From Octopus bimaculoides (Eukaryota), in contig NC_069005.1 of the NCBI RefSeq assembly GCF_001194135.2, positions 1,591,601 through 1,655,377 on the forward strand: 63,777 nt of DNA, in the 5' to 3' direction. Shown here piece after piece: positions 1-11,695 of the stretch (position 1 is the first letter of the stretch; each line of letters starts with the position of its first letter). The translations under genes and the position numbers were made by a program. The notes beneath the pieces are model-generated. The model was not told the DNA's origin and did no database searches. It saw only the letters and a program-made list of their open reading frames with translations.

Positions 1-43
1 TATATATATATATATATACACACATACATATATATATATATAT

Positions 44-76
<33 letters not shown>

Positions 77-127
77 CATACACATATATATATACATACA
101 TACATATAAACAATAAAACATACTCAC

Positions 128-206
128 TGGAGTAACTCAGCTGACCATCAGACAATAAAAGACGATATCGTTCAGCGCCAGCAGAACTTGGGATCTTTTT
201 TGAACT
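128..206 (-). CDS. RPA1: RPA70 exon 3, SSKKIPSSAGAERYRLLLSDGQLSYS; gene continues beyond the left edge
   Basis: Acceptor ttctctccctag, 79 nt phase 0-1, donor GTGAGT. Contains the RYRLLLSDG signature of the RPA70 N-terminal OB fold. Confidence 0.95.
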
Positions 207-288
207 CTAGGGGAGAGAAAAACAAAAACAATGTAATTACCGTTTTACCATTTCTCTGCCACTATATATGTATTATCATCAGTCTCTC

Positions 289-345
<57 letters not shown>

Positions 346-512
346 ATCATCATCATTTAATGTTTGTCTCCGATGCTAGGTTGGATGGTTTGGTAAGAGC
401 CAGGCAGGTCTGAGAGTTGCATCAGATTCTGTTGGTTGTTTTAGTATGGTTTCTATGGCTGCATGCCCTTCCTAATGCCAACCACTTTACAGAGTGTTTA
501 TGTGCATATATA

Positions 513-734
513 TTGGGTTGGTGCATAATTATTGCGGCTTTTTTCCAACGAATTTTATTCAACAAAAAACAATAACAATATTTAACAAAAACATCTTTAA
601 ATGATGCCAAGCAAATCGGAAGCAGTAATTGAAGTAGATGGTGAATATGCTCCAGAATAATCATTTAAAGATGTTTTTGTTACATGTTATTGTTTTTGTT
701 GAAAAAAAGCCGCAATAATTATGCACCAACCCAA
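513..734. mobile_element. Mariner-derived MITE (Hsmar1/MADE-like TIRs) adjoining a SINE fragment in RPA1 intron 2
   Basis: TIRs TTGGGTTGGTGCATAA(A)TTATTGCGGCTTTTTT, TA on both flanks, internal remnant EAVIEVDGEYAPE* resembling a mariner C-terminus. Confidence 0.85.
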
Positions 735-785
735 TATATTTGGTAGTTGGACAAATTCCTCCAAGAAATACAAGACAAACCTCTG

Positions 786-1034
786 ACACTGGTTCTCAAC
801 CAGGATCCACATTACCCTTGGGAGTCCATTATAAAATTTGGTTATTAAAATTTATCTGCAATAAATTTCTTTTACTTCTTACAATACACAAAATATTTTA
901 ACAAACTTTTTTTTATACAATTCCTAAGAATATTTAATTCTAAAAATATATTAGAATTTCTAAAACATCAAATGGCTATGAAGGTCTTGTAGAGTGAAAT
1001 AAGAATCAGAGGGGTCCATAGGCTGAGAATCAAT
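786..1034. mobile_element. hAT-like MITE; related copy at about 58278-58636
   Basis: Termini CACTGGTTCTCAACC...GGCTGAGAATCAATG; shared internal sequence aaatggctat.....gtccatag with the 58.3-58.6 kb copy. Confidence 0.5.
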
Positions 1035-1138
1035 GGGCCATGGATGGCCTAAAACACGACTCTCAATACATGAAGCGATCAAAATTTCTGGCAATTAATT
1101 TTATGATTTATTTAAATTTTCAGAAATAAAATATTTAC

Positions 1139-1186
1139 CAAAATTTGAAGAATTGGATTCTCTATATTCTCTCCATTGATTATAGT
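1139..1186 (-). CDS. RPA1: RPA70 exon 2, TIINGENIENPILQIL
   Basis: Long polypyrimidine tract + TAG acceptor, 48 nt phase 0-0, donor GTAAAT. PILQIL matches the RPA70N P(I/V)LQ(V/I)(I/L) motif. Confidence 0.92.
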
Positions 1187-2454
1187 CTAAAAGAAAAAGA
1201 AGAAAATAAAATAAAAGAAACACTGTTATTACCATAGTCACTGCATATCATCATCATTTAACGTCCGTTTTCCATGCTGGCATGGGTTAGACGGTTTTAC
1301 AGAAGTTGGCAAGCCTGAGAGCTGCACCAGACTCCAACTTTCTGCTTCGGCAGGGCTTCTACAGCTTCACAACACCAACCACTTTACAGAGTGTACTGGG
1401 TGCATTTTGCGTGGCACCACCACTGGTGTCTTTTACACGGCACAGCACGGGCCATGCCATCGGCATAATATTTTTTAAAAATGGAAAAAAATACAGCATA
1501 AAGCTATATTCTTTTCTGACTTAGAGATTGGACTGTGGCCATGCTGGGGCACCACATTCAAGAGTTCTGTTAGGCAAATTACATCAACGCAAATATACAT
1601 TGTTGAAATATTATTGCTCCTATCTTGAAATTAAATAAATTTCCCGAGTTTACGATCGCAAATATGAAAACCTGTCTCCACCGGGTCGATGGTGATGGTG
1701 GTGGTGGTCTGGGGTGGATCCGCAGTTCAGGTTTGGTTCCCAGTCGTAGAAACTTTACTTCAATAATGGTCTTGGGAAATGAATGAATACCACAACGTAA
1801 CACACTTGAAGTCAACGAAATAGTTGACGAAAATGTCAAGTAATTAACACAATCGCAGAGCGCGTTCATCATCTTCGGAAAAGTTGGAGGAATTTACCAA
1901 ATAGTTGCAACCAACACACACAAAAATGTATCTTTGCAAAATTTCGTTAACAAAAGTTTGTTTTTCTTTTCTTTTTCAGAAAGAAACTCATGGAGAAGAA
2001 TTACCAAAATGTGGCACAACTGGATTCGATTCCGTATCTGGTGCAGGGCAGAGCCAAACGAGTTCCTACACAACTTAAATGCTTTTATTTGCTACTTACA
2101 AGAATAAACCATTTTGGGTTTTTTTTCCAGTTTGGAGTAATTAATAATACCAGAATGGACGTTCAGATATTTACACAAACATACAGACTTTATTGACGTA
2201 AAACAATTAGACATTCTTTTAAAACGTGTTACCAAACTAAATACGAATGCGCAGTTTAGTTTAAATTAAATCATTCGTCACCATAAAAGAACATGCAATA
2301 CGACAAACGCTTGTGAATGTTGCTAACGCAGACGTTCACAGAATTAGAAATTTATTCTAAGAGAAGAATTGAGGGGAAAATAAAAAAGAAAAAACATTGT
2401 TTTGTTTGAATTACTCAAAAACATCAACAAAAGAAAATAAATTGTTCTAAATAC

Positions 2455-2487
2455 CTGTAATGCTCCCGAAGTCAACTGGTAACTCAT
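2455..2487 (-). CDS. RPA1: RPA70 (replication protein A large subunit) coding exon 1, MSYQLTSGALQ
   Basis: ATG at 2487-2485, 33 nt, then donor GTATTT. Fits the RPA70N start (M..QL..GA) and splices in phase to exons 2 and 3. Confidence 0.88.
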
Positions 2488-3329
2488 GATGCTTAAATAT
2501 CAACGAAGAACACTAAAAATGATATTAAAAACTCTAAAATAACATTCAATGTCTGACTCTGTGTTGCACAACAGGCAAGAATTAAAGGGGACGTCTTCAA
2601 CCAGAAATGGCGCGAAAGATTGATTTAGTGCCAAAAGTTATCTGACCCTGTTGCACATATCAGCCACTAGATGGCAGCAATGAATAAACAAGAGGAAACT
2701 AAAAAAAAATCTAGAGTTATCTATCTTGATTACTTGTTGTCAGTGAGTGTCCGCTGTGTGGCAGCACTTACCAACAGACAGGAATCTCCACAATTTACCA
2801 TTTCTCGACCAATTCCAATCTCGATCGATCGATCATTGATCGGTTTTTATATACGTTGACGATTGTTTAGATCGGGAAATTACTCTTACGTTTTATCTCC
2901 GATCATCTCAGCATCCTGTGATTGTCTTATTAACTTTATATGAAGTTAACTCGGTGTAAATAACGTCAAATGCTCCAAGAAACGGATTCCTGTGTTGTTA
3001 TTTATTTATTTATAAAACCATTCTTAGGAACTTTCCTTTAAACCTGTTGCTTTAATAACAATAATATTATTACCCCCGATCCTCTACGATTATTCTCACC
3101 ATATATTATATATAAATATATATTTATATATATTTCTATTTTGCTGCCAAAGCAAATGTTGCATGTGTTGCATGGGTTCAAAAAGAGAAAGAAAACTTTG
3201 CACTGTTTACGTTTGCCAGAATTCTTCAATAACCTAACGAACAACTGGATGAAGTGAACGAACAGGTTTTTTGGGGGAATTATTTAAAAGTGTGGATATT
3301 TATCTTAGATTTATTCCAATTCATACAAA
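2488..3329. promoter_or_regulatory. Shared bidirectional promoter / 5' UTR region of RPA1 (-) and NF2 (+)
   Basis: 842 bp between divergent ATGs, CpG-retaining. TSS positions cannot be determined from sequence. Confidence 0.7.
2605..2617 (-). promoter_or_regulatory. Overlapping E2F (TTTCGCGCC) and YY1-like (CGCCATTT) sites
   Basis: Plus strand reads AAATGGCGCGAAA, about 120 bp upstream of the RPA1 ATG. Motif match only. Confidence 0.5.
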
Positions 3330-3434
3330 ATGCCATTTGCAAATATGAAGAAAGTGGCATCTGTGTCGTCGAATACCAAAACCTATCCCGTCAGGGTGGC
3401 CACTATGGATGCTGAGCTTCAGTTTGTCATCGAA
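3330..3434 (+). CDS. NF2: Merlin exon 1, MPFANMKKVASVSSNTKTYPVRVATMDAELQFVIE
   Basis: VRVxTMDAEL motif, 105 nt, donor GTAAGT. The in-frame ATG at 3345 is an alternative start. Confidence 0.92.
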
Positions 3435-6400
3435 GTAAGTTCATTCCTCTGTCTGTCTCTCTGTCTCTCTTTCTCTTTCACTATGTATATATATAAATAA
3501 TACACACACATATACATATATAGAAGTTGAAACTTCCTAAGTTTCACGAAGTTTTTTCCTGTCGGTTCGTAAGATTTACCGATTCTTCTCGGTCGAGAAT
3601 CTTAGTCTCGCTAGTCAGATTTTTTCAATTTTTTAGTGTATTTTTACTATTAAATTCTGTCCAATTCATTTCGACAACTGCCCTGTGTTTGCATACTTTA
3701 AATCATCAAACACACATACGTGTATGTGTCTATAAATATATGTGTCTGTGTGTGTGTGTATATATATATATATATAATCATTACAGATATAGGGTAAAGG
3801 ATTATTAATTTATTAATAAACTAATAATTAATAATTTTTACCAAGTAGTTCGGTATGTAAAAAACCATTATCGGTAAAGAACTGGCCACAGTCAAAAGAC
3901 TGAAACAAGTAAAATAGTATAATTAAGGGATCAGCAACAGTTGCTTCACCACATACCGAAATTTAGAAATAGCAGTTAAAGTGCTGGAGCATTCTTACAT
4001 ATATGATACTAACACCGAAAGTTCTTTTGCATCGGAACTTCTTAAAATAGTTTTCATTTAGTTCCAACGCTGGAAACTCTCGTCCCTGGAGTTATTTTGT
4101 AACTTCTGCCGATTAATTAACAAATAACATATTTATTTGTTTTGATATGTAACATTCCTATAAGAATCGGAAATTGTTAAGTGCCCCGCACATCCCCCCT
4201 CAACCCTATCTTTTTCGCATGTGTGCGTTTTAAGAATCGCAGATGACGATTATGTTACAAAAAAAAGCAAAGGAAGGTGGGATGGAAGATTTTTTTGTTG
4301 TGCTCCCCCCCCCCCACACCTTTCGTTTTCCCTCGTAACTTATCAATTTGTTTTTTTTAGTTTTATTTACTTCCTTTTGTAAAATTTTGCTCCGATCTAT
4401 GTTTTTTTCAAACGTCTTAGACTTGTGTTTTGCCAAAAACTATGCGCGTAACTTTTTAAAAGCTTTAAATCTTAAGAGGAAATTGTTTTTCGAAAAAAAG
4501 AAGGTCAAAACTCAAAAATTACGGAAAAGGTGGGCCAACGGCTGGGGCGGGGGTGGAATGAGCCATCCTCCTGCCCATCAACACACCCCCGCCAACAAAA
4601 ACTTTTTTGTTTTTCGTAGAATCGTCATCTACGATGCTTAAAACATATACAACTGAAGAATTTACGTTTTTTTTTGTTTTGTTTTTTGGCGCACTAGATA
4701 ATTCCCGAGTATTCTTTAGGAATACACACATACACACTCAAATTTCTACACACACACATATATAGACACGACAGCGAAGGAGTTAAGAAAGTTTATTTAT
4801 ATGAGATAACCAAATTTCACAGCCATTTGATGCGATGAAAATATCTTTTATCGGGCACATATATTATTGTTAGTTTGTTTTTAGCCAGCTGGGTTACGGC
4901 CATACTGGATCAGTGCCTTCTGTAATATTGCTGTTCTATAATAGTTACACAACTTCAGTTCCTATTCGGTGTTCGGCATCAATAAATGGAAACAATAGAA
5001 GCTACACTCGACCCGTTTATATCCGCTTCCTCGTTTAGAGGTGACAGATCATCGTTTGGTATTATGGAGTCTCTGAATCTCCTAATGAACCCGTTAATAT
5101 ATTGCAATACAATATCCATTTGTTGATGTTTTATATACAAACGTTTTGGGTTCGATCTTACTACCTCTGAATAGCACCCCAGGACAGATGTCTTCTCTAG
5201 CTTCAGGTTGATCCCTGCCTTGTGAGTGGAATTTGGTAGATGGAAATTGTGCTGAAGCACGATGTATGTGTCTGTCAGGTCACTTGTGAGGTCTCATGAG
5301 CCCTCCTGGTAACGTGGAATCCAGTACAACCTGTTGTGTGGTTGGGTCGTCAGCAACTAAACTGGCCCCTTCACTAACCTTGCCTGGTGAGAGAGGGTTG
5401 CTAGAAACCCAGCAGGACTAAAAACAAGACCTGTGAAAATGACAGAGGAACCCAGTATAGATTCAATGAGTATCTAGCAACAGCACAGCTCCTCATGAAT
5501 TCTGGGTTGATGTTTGGCATCCTGGGAGTGAGGAATCCTTCAGCTTTTGTTAAAGCTTGTCTCTAGGAAAAGGTCGGTCTGATATGAAACCAGATATGGA
5601 GAGAATAGCATTTAACATTTGTTTGCTTTTGAGATCATGGGGTTTCCACATTCCCGAGCTTGCAACCCATAGTGGGTACTATAGACTCTGCCCTGGTTTG
5701 TCTGTGGATCATGTCAGTAGGCTGGAGTGGGGTCTGTGAGGTGTTGTACAAACTTTATTGGACTTAAAATGTTAAGTTACAGAATCCACAGGCAAGGGGA
5801 CTTTCAGATGTCTGGTTTAGAAACAATTTTATTTGCATAAAGCAAGGGTCTTATTTTCCTTTTTATGATAATTGATCCAAAGTAAAAGAAAGAAATATAA
5901 AAACATCTGCTTCGATTGCAAAAAGCTGAATATTTTGCTAAAAAGACAGGTGTGGCAGCCCTAAAAATACTACAAATAATAACAAATGTAACTTAATTAA
6001 ACATGACCTTAATTAAACATGAACTCAATTAAACTATGATCAAGGAACGTTTTTTTTTTGTTCGTTTTACTGAAGTCATCATCATCGACATCAGCAACAT
6101 GAATGAAAAATCTAAAATGTTTGGAAGGAATAAAACAGGAAGTGATCAACAACATAGTTTTTTATGTCCGGTTTGCCATTGCTGGTATTTGGACAGGACA
6201 TTCTGAGACAGTGTTTCACTGGTGTGTGTCCTTCCTGTCACAAACCTTTGTTTGTCCTCTCTTATGACACATGTAGCAACATGACAATGGTGTACCTATT
6301 CAGAAAACCAAGATATACATCAGTACCATCATCATCACCATCACCATTATCATTACTGTTTTATGTCTTACGTTTCCATCCTTGCAGTGTCAGAGGTAAG

Positions 6401-6677
6401 GTTCATTGAGGTAGATTTTTCTGGGGCCAGGTGCTCTTCCTGTTGCCAACCTTCACCTGTTTCCAATCAAGATAACGTTTCCCCATGACCAGACAGGTTT
6501 TTTATGGTAGACTGGAAACGAACACCATCACGTGTATGACAGTGATGCATGTTTATAATCATCACATGATTTGAGGACAAGAGTGTATACACACACACTC
6601 TCTGGGCTTCTTTCTTCTGAAATCCACTCACAAGGGTTTGATTAGCTCAGGGCTATAATAGAAGACACTTGCTCAAG

Positions 6678-6950
6678 GTTGGATGGTTTGACTGAGAGCC
6701 AGCGGCTGCACCAGGCTCCAATCTGATCTGGCAATGTTTCTACAGCTGGATGCCCTTCCTAATGCCAACCACTCCGAGAGTGTAGTGAGTGCTTTTTACA
6801 TGCCACTGGCACAGGAGCCGATAAGGCAGGCATGGTAACAATCACGTTTGGATGGTGCTTTTTATGTGCCACCAGCACAGGAGCCAGTCAGTGGGTACTG
6901 GCATCAGTCACAATCGGCTGGTGCTTTGTATGTGCCACCGGCAAAAATTT
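6678..6950 (-). mobile_element. Abundant SINE-like repeat (GGAAGGGCATCCAGC..CCCATGCCAGCATGG..GATGATG tail family). Other copies near 346, 1246, 19665, 22135, 23490, 23935, 25760; opposite orientation at 9490-9810 and 22410-22720
   Basis: Repeated diagnostic strings throughout the window, with (GAT)n tails. Orientation is inferred from the tail. Confidence 0.8.
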
Positions 6951-7020
6951 GAATGAAATTGGTTGTGTAGTTCTGGAGTTTTAGGGATTCACACAGACAC
7001 ACACACAGACATACATTCTC

Positions 7021-7073
<53 letters not shown>

Positions 7074-7521
7074 GCATATATATTTGTGTGTCTATGTTTG
7101 TCCCCACCACCTTCACTTGACAACCAATGTTGGTGTGCTTACGTTCCCGTAACTTAGTGGTTCGGCAAAAGAGGCCAATAGAATAAGTACTAGGCTTACA
7201 AAGAATAAGTCCTAGGGCCGATTTCTTCAACTTACGGCTGTGCTCCAGCATGGCCACAGTCAAATGACTGAAACAAATAAAAGAAAGAAAAGATAAGAAA
7301 ATTGTCTATTTGATAAATATGGAACAACATAAAAACAACCTGTATCTCATTTCCATTTGTTTCTATGTTTCAAATATTTCTCTTCATAAACTCAATGTTA
7401 TTTCTCTGTGAATCAATCCAAACAGTCCAGTTTTGTTGTTGTTGCTTATTAATGGTGTTAGTTTTTACATTTCTCGTATTTTTTACCAAAATGTTGCATT
7501 GTCGCCTTCTTTGTTTTGCAG

Positions 7522-7650
7522 TCACGAACCACAGGCAAAGAACTTTTCGAAATGGTGTGTCGAACGATTGGTCTCCGTGAATCTTGGTACTTTGGTTTAC
7601 AATTTGTCGATTCCAAAGGATATGTTGCCTGGCTAAAGTTCGATAAAAGG
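7522..7650 (+). CDS. NF2: Merlin exon 2, [43 protein letters not shown]
   Basis: ttttgcag acceptor, 129 nt phase 0-0, GTAATA donor; FERM F1 motif. Confidence 0.97.
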
Positions 7651-7705
7651 GTAATAAATATTTTTATATTTTTAATTATTCACAAATAGTTTATTTGTTC
7701 TAATT

Positions 7706-8129
7706 CAGTGTTCCTCAACCTTTTTACCTTTGCGTAACCCTTAAAATAAAATTACACATCTCAAGGAACCCCTGCACAAAAAATATTATAAACCATATCT
7801 TTCTCATATTTTTTTCACCATAGTTCACATAGTAAATGTCATATGTGTGTGTGTGTGTGTGTGTATGTATATATATACAGGGTGTCCACAAAGTCTGGGT
7901 ACATGGGGATTATCACATACTTTAAGAAATTATTATTTCTTATATTTAATTGTTTATGTTATGAGTTTATTTACTCCATGTACCCAGACTTTGTGGACAC
8001 CCTGTATATATATATATATATATAACGATCATGAAATTCGCATTAGCTTAGCTCACTCTTTCTTGCGGAACCCCTAGGAACCTTTTGCAGAACCCTAGGG
8101 TTCCCGGGAACCCCAGTTGAAAAACGCTG
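7706..8129. mobile_element. hAT-family MITE with 8-bp TSD
   Basis: Termini CAGTGTTCCTCAAC / GTTGAAAAACGCTG; flanks TTCTAATT and TTCTAACT (7 of 8 match). Confidence 0.8.
7878..8004. mobile_element. 127-bp Tc1/mariner-type MITE nested in the hAT MITE
   Basis: Perfect 29-bp TIRs CAGGGTGTCCACAAAGTCTGGGTACATGG with TA on both sides. Confidence 0.92.
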
Positions 8130-9102
8130 TTCTAACTACAGGCCTGTATAGACACAGAAATGTGGGGAAGGGCTCATCAGTTATATCGAACCCCAGTGCT
8201 CAACTGGTCCTTATTCTATCAACTGCAAAAAGATGAAGGGCCAAGTCAACATTTGGGACTCAAAACATAAAACTGTAGGGAATGCCACTTAGCAGTTTAT
8301 CTGGCATTTCAACAATTCTGCCAGCTTGTTTCCTTGATAATAAATGCAGATTTTGCTTCAGTCATTATGCTTGTATGACGTATCTCTGATGACCTCAGTC
8401 TATTTTTAACAGTTAGTTTATTGGAAGAGAATCTAGAATAGGATATCACATAGACCTATGGCATGAAGATGTAGAAATTTTACCAAAATCATCTGAAAGC
8501 ATGTCCAGCCATGGGGAAATATTACCTTGCTTGGAAATAGTTGAAGGTCGGCTACAGGACAAGCATTCAGCCATAGAAAATATACCTCAATGAATTTCGT
8601 TTGACCCATGCAGGCATGGAAAAGTGGACCTTAAAATGGTGATGCTGATGGCTTTGAAGTATACTGTTTGTTTTTTTAATGCACTACGTCTTTAAAAGGG
8701 ACCTTCCCAGGATGAAATACTGCAGCCTAAAAGCATTTGAAAACACACACATATTAAGTACATGACGTCAATAATGTTCACACACACACACACATACACA
8801 CAGACATATGTACACATACATATGACTCAGACACATAAGCATTGCTTGTGTTAACCCTTTCAAGAAAACCTGTCAAAGACTGCCCCTATTTCTATGATAC
8901 ACATTCCCTGTTTTAAACAGTCAAATTTCTTGTTAACATAAGTTCTAAACTCCTACTTAAATTATTTCAATAAACTCTTCGATATTTTCATAATTAATTA
9001 AAACAAAGGCATTTCAAGAGAAATGGTAATAAAAGAGTTAAGATATTTGGGTATTGCTTTCCATGTTCTACCATAATTTACATTTCTTGTTTTGAAATTT
9101 AG

Positions 9103-9309
9103 GTTTTAAATCAGGATGTACCCAAAGAAAACCCGATTCCATTTCTGTTTCTTGCCAAACTCTTTCCTGAAGATGTCTCTGAAGAACTTATCCAAGAAAT
9201 CACCCAACACTTATTTTTTCTCCAAGTCAAGCAGTCAATTCTTAACATGGACATTTACTGCCCACCCGAAGCTTCTGTTCTTCTTGCTTCATACGCAGTC
9301 CAAGCCAAG
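9103..9309 (+). CDS. NF2: Merlin exon 3, [10 protein letters not shown]...[39 protein letters not shown]
   Basis: 207 nt phase 0-0 with AG/GT boundaries. [17 protein letters not shown] is the merlin-type motif. Confidence 0.97.
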
Positions 9310-9489
9310 GTCAGTAGTAGTATTATATACACACACACACACATGCATGCATACAGTGTGTTTCTTTCAGTTTTTGTCTACTAAATCGACTTATGAAGCT
9401 TTGTCAGCCCATTGCCATCACACAGGGGTTCTCCATTGGGGATCCATTTAAGATTTTGTTGGTAGTAAAAATTACGTGCAAATAAATTG

Positions 9490-9810
9490 CTTACACAATC
9501 GTTGCCAGCGTCGCCTTACTGGCACATGTGCCGGTGGCACATGAAAAGCGACATTCAAATTTGGTCAATGCCATTGCCACCAGACTGGCTCCCATGCAGT
9601 TAGCACATAAAAAACACCTTTTGAGCGTGGCCGTTGCCAGAACCGCATGACTGGCCCTCGTACCGGTAGCATGTAAAAGCTCCCACTACACTCTTGGAGT
9701 GGTTGGCGTTAGGAAGAGCATCCAGCTGTAGAAACTCTGCCAGATCAGATTGGAGCCTGGTGCAGGCTTCTGGCTTGCCAGTCCTCAGTCAAACCGTCCA
9801 ACCCATGCCA
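9490..9810 (+). mobile_element. Same SINE-like family, inverted relative to the 6.7-kb copy
   Basis: 9667-9765 is about 90% reverse-complementary to 6706-6805 by eye. Confidence 0.85.
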
Positions 9811-9943
9811 GGGGATTGAACCTAGAACCACGAGGGTGAGAAAGCTAACTTCTCAAGAACACATCCATGTCCGTACCTAATTATTGAGGAGAAAGTAAAA
9901 GAAATAACTGAATTTCATTTTTTTTCCCAATTTCCTTTTCCAG

Positions 9944-10095
9944 TTAGGAGATTATGATGAAGGGAACTATAAACCTGGGATGTTATCCAGTGAAGATCTG
10001 CTTCCTCAGAGGGTTATCGACCAATATCAGATGACTCCTGAAATGTGGGCTGAGAGAATCAAAGTATGGTATGCTGATCATAGAGGATTGCCAAG
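9944..10095 (+). CDS. NF2: Merlin exon 4, [50 protein letters not shown](R); contains the Blue box
   Basis: 152 nt phase 0-2; YQMTPEM Blue box. Confidence 0.97.
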
Positions 10096-10246
10096 GTACA
10101 TGTAGTCACTTTTTTGTATCTTCTCCTTCTGGTTTTAGTCATTGAATCAGAGGCTGTGTTGGGGCCCTGTCTGCAAAGGTTTAGACAGTTATGTCAACAC
10201 ACCCTTACATATATTTTTTTTCCTTTTGTATTTTTTTTTTTTTTAG

Positions 10247-10322
10247 GGATGAAGCTGAGATGGAATATTTAAAGATTGTTCAAGATTTCCAGATGTATGG
10301 AGTAAACTATTTTCAGATCAAG
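10247..10322 (+). CDS. NF2: Merlin exon 5, (R)[25 protein letters not shown]
   Basis: 76 nt phase 2-0, poly-T acceptor, GTATCA donor. Confidence 0.96.
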
Positions 10323-10786
10323 GTATCACTTATTTTGTTTAGTTTTTTTCTTTGTTACTTTCTGTTTTTCATTGAATGAAGACCTGCAAAAGTCAGTCTT
10401 CTTTCAGCTGCATTCTCTCGGAAGAAAGTTCCTTGGCTAAGATTCTCCTTTTTGTGTTTTTGTCAGAAATGATATGAAACAGTGTGCGTCACGTCCGCAT
10501 GAACATACTAACAGCATAGACAGGACTTGTTGCAGGTTTAGAAGCAATCCATAAGTCACATTTGTGATTAGCTTACTTTTATCAAAGATGCTTTTTATTC
10601 ACAACAACCATCTTCTTTTAACGTCCAACAACCATCATCTTTTAACGTCCAACAACCATCATCTTTACAGCAACCCTTCGTGTGTGTGTGTGTATATAAG
10701 TAGAATTCACAAAAATCAAAAGACAAAGACAGGTTGTGTAGACAACAAACAGATGTATTAGTTTAATGCTCAGGAAGTGAAGAAGT

Positions 10787-10822
10787 CTTTAACATTTCGA
10801 GTCTACGCTCTTCCACAGAAAG
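10787..10822 (-). ncRNA. Degenerate hammerhead-like motif, same family as 33745-33780, in NF2 intron 5 (antisense)
   Basis: CTTT-CTGTGGA-A-GAGC(gtag)ACTC-GAAA-T-GTT-AAAG. Confidence 0.3.
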
Positions 10823-10893
10823 AAACAGGGAGAGAAAATAAAGAATGTGTAGTGGCTAGCAATCTGTATGAACAGATGCAGCTGTCTTTTACA

Positions 10894-11695
10894 AGATCAG
10901 CGACAGTGAGTCGCTCGAAAAGTATGTAGTAATTTGCGAGTGGAATGAGCTTTCATCACTAGCCAGTGACTAACGCACGCTGAGGACGGGTAACCACCCA
11001 GAAACTCGAGTCCGTGTGTATCACGTAAGGCTAGAGATGGGAGCGATGACCTCCCCTCGTCAATACTAATCGGACGCAGACTGTATGTCATTAGCCAGCT
11101 GGCGGAAATGTTTTCCTGGGGCTATAAACAACAGTAGCACTGTCCTGTATAGAACGCCACACTTAGTTGGCAAATATATGTTACGATTCCGTACCGCTAC
11201 TGTTTATATTTCGCTCAAAGATTTAATATAACATATCTCTATCTTTTCCGAGATGAGCGGCAGTGAGTCGCAAGAAAAGTATATAGTAATTTGCGAGTGG
11301 AATGAGATTTTATCACTAGCCAGTGATTAACACATGCTGAGGACGGGTAACCACCCAGAAATTCAAATCCATGTGTATCACCTTCATGCTGGCCAAGGTG
11401 TCATAGTTTCCATTGCAGCTGTCCATGTTACGTCTTACAGTCTTTACAATGTTTACAGAGCACTGAGCAACTGTTATGATGTCGGCATTTTTATACCCGG
11501 CGCGAATCATCATGATATAAGAAACTTTTTCAATATTCAGATGGCTTCCAGTCCTCCATGTCAACTAATGTTTTTCTCAGCTACAACTTTAATCTTTATG
11601 CTTTGCAGCGACTTTGACTGTTCACCAATATTTCAAGCTGTTCCTGAGAAAAACGAGACATAAAAATTCGTAAAATTTTGCCCGAACACCCCGTA
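10894..11695 (-). mobile_element. Non-autonomous Tc1/mariner-like element with a 130-bp segment duplicated (10894-11023 and 11251-11380)
   Basis: Terminus CGGGGTGTTCGGGCAAAATTTT at about 11670-11695 next to TA; HTH-like ORF 11316-11564 (MTWRTGSHLNIEKVSYIMMIRAG...). The second TIR was not found. Confidence 0.45.

Noticed and set aside
1579-1872. 97-aa minus-strand ORF, and an alternative frame FYDWEPNLNCGSTPDHHHHHHRPGGD
   Set aside because: Lies in RPA1 intron 1, and RPA1 exons 1-3 splice in frame without it. The Pro/His runs come from a (CAC)n microsatellite, and there is no good acceptor or recognisable homology.
2004-2064. Possible RPA1 exon 2 (…NPVV.HIL|GTAATT)
   Set aside because: Needs a frameshift; the exon at 1139-1186 fits phase, motif and splice signals far better.
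4979-5260. 93-aa minus-strand ORF in NF2 intron 1
   Set aside because: No recognisable domain, and its 5' part runs into repeat sequence. Kept only as a possible TE remnant.
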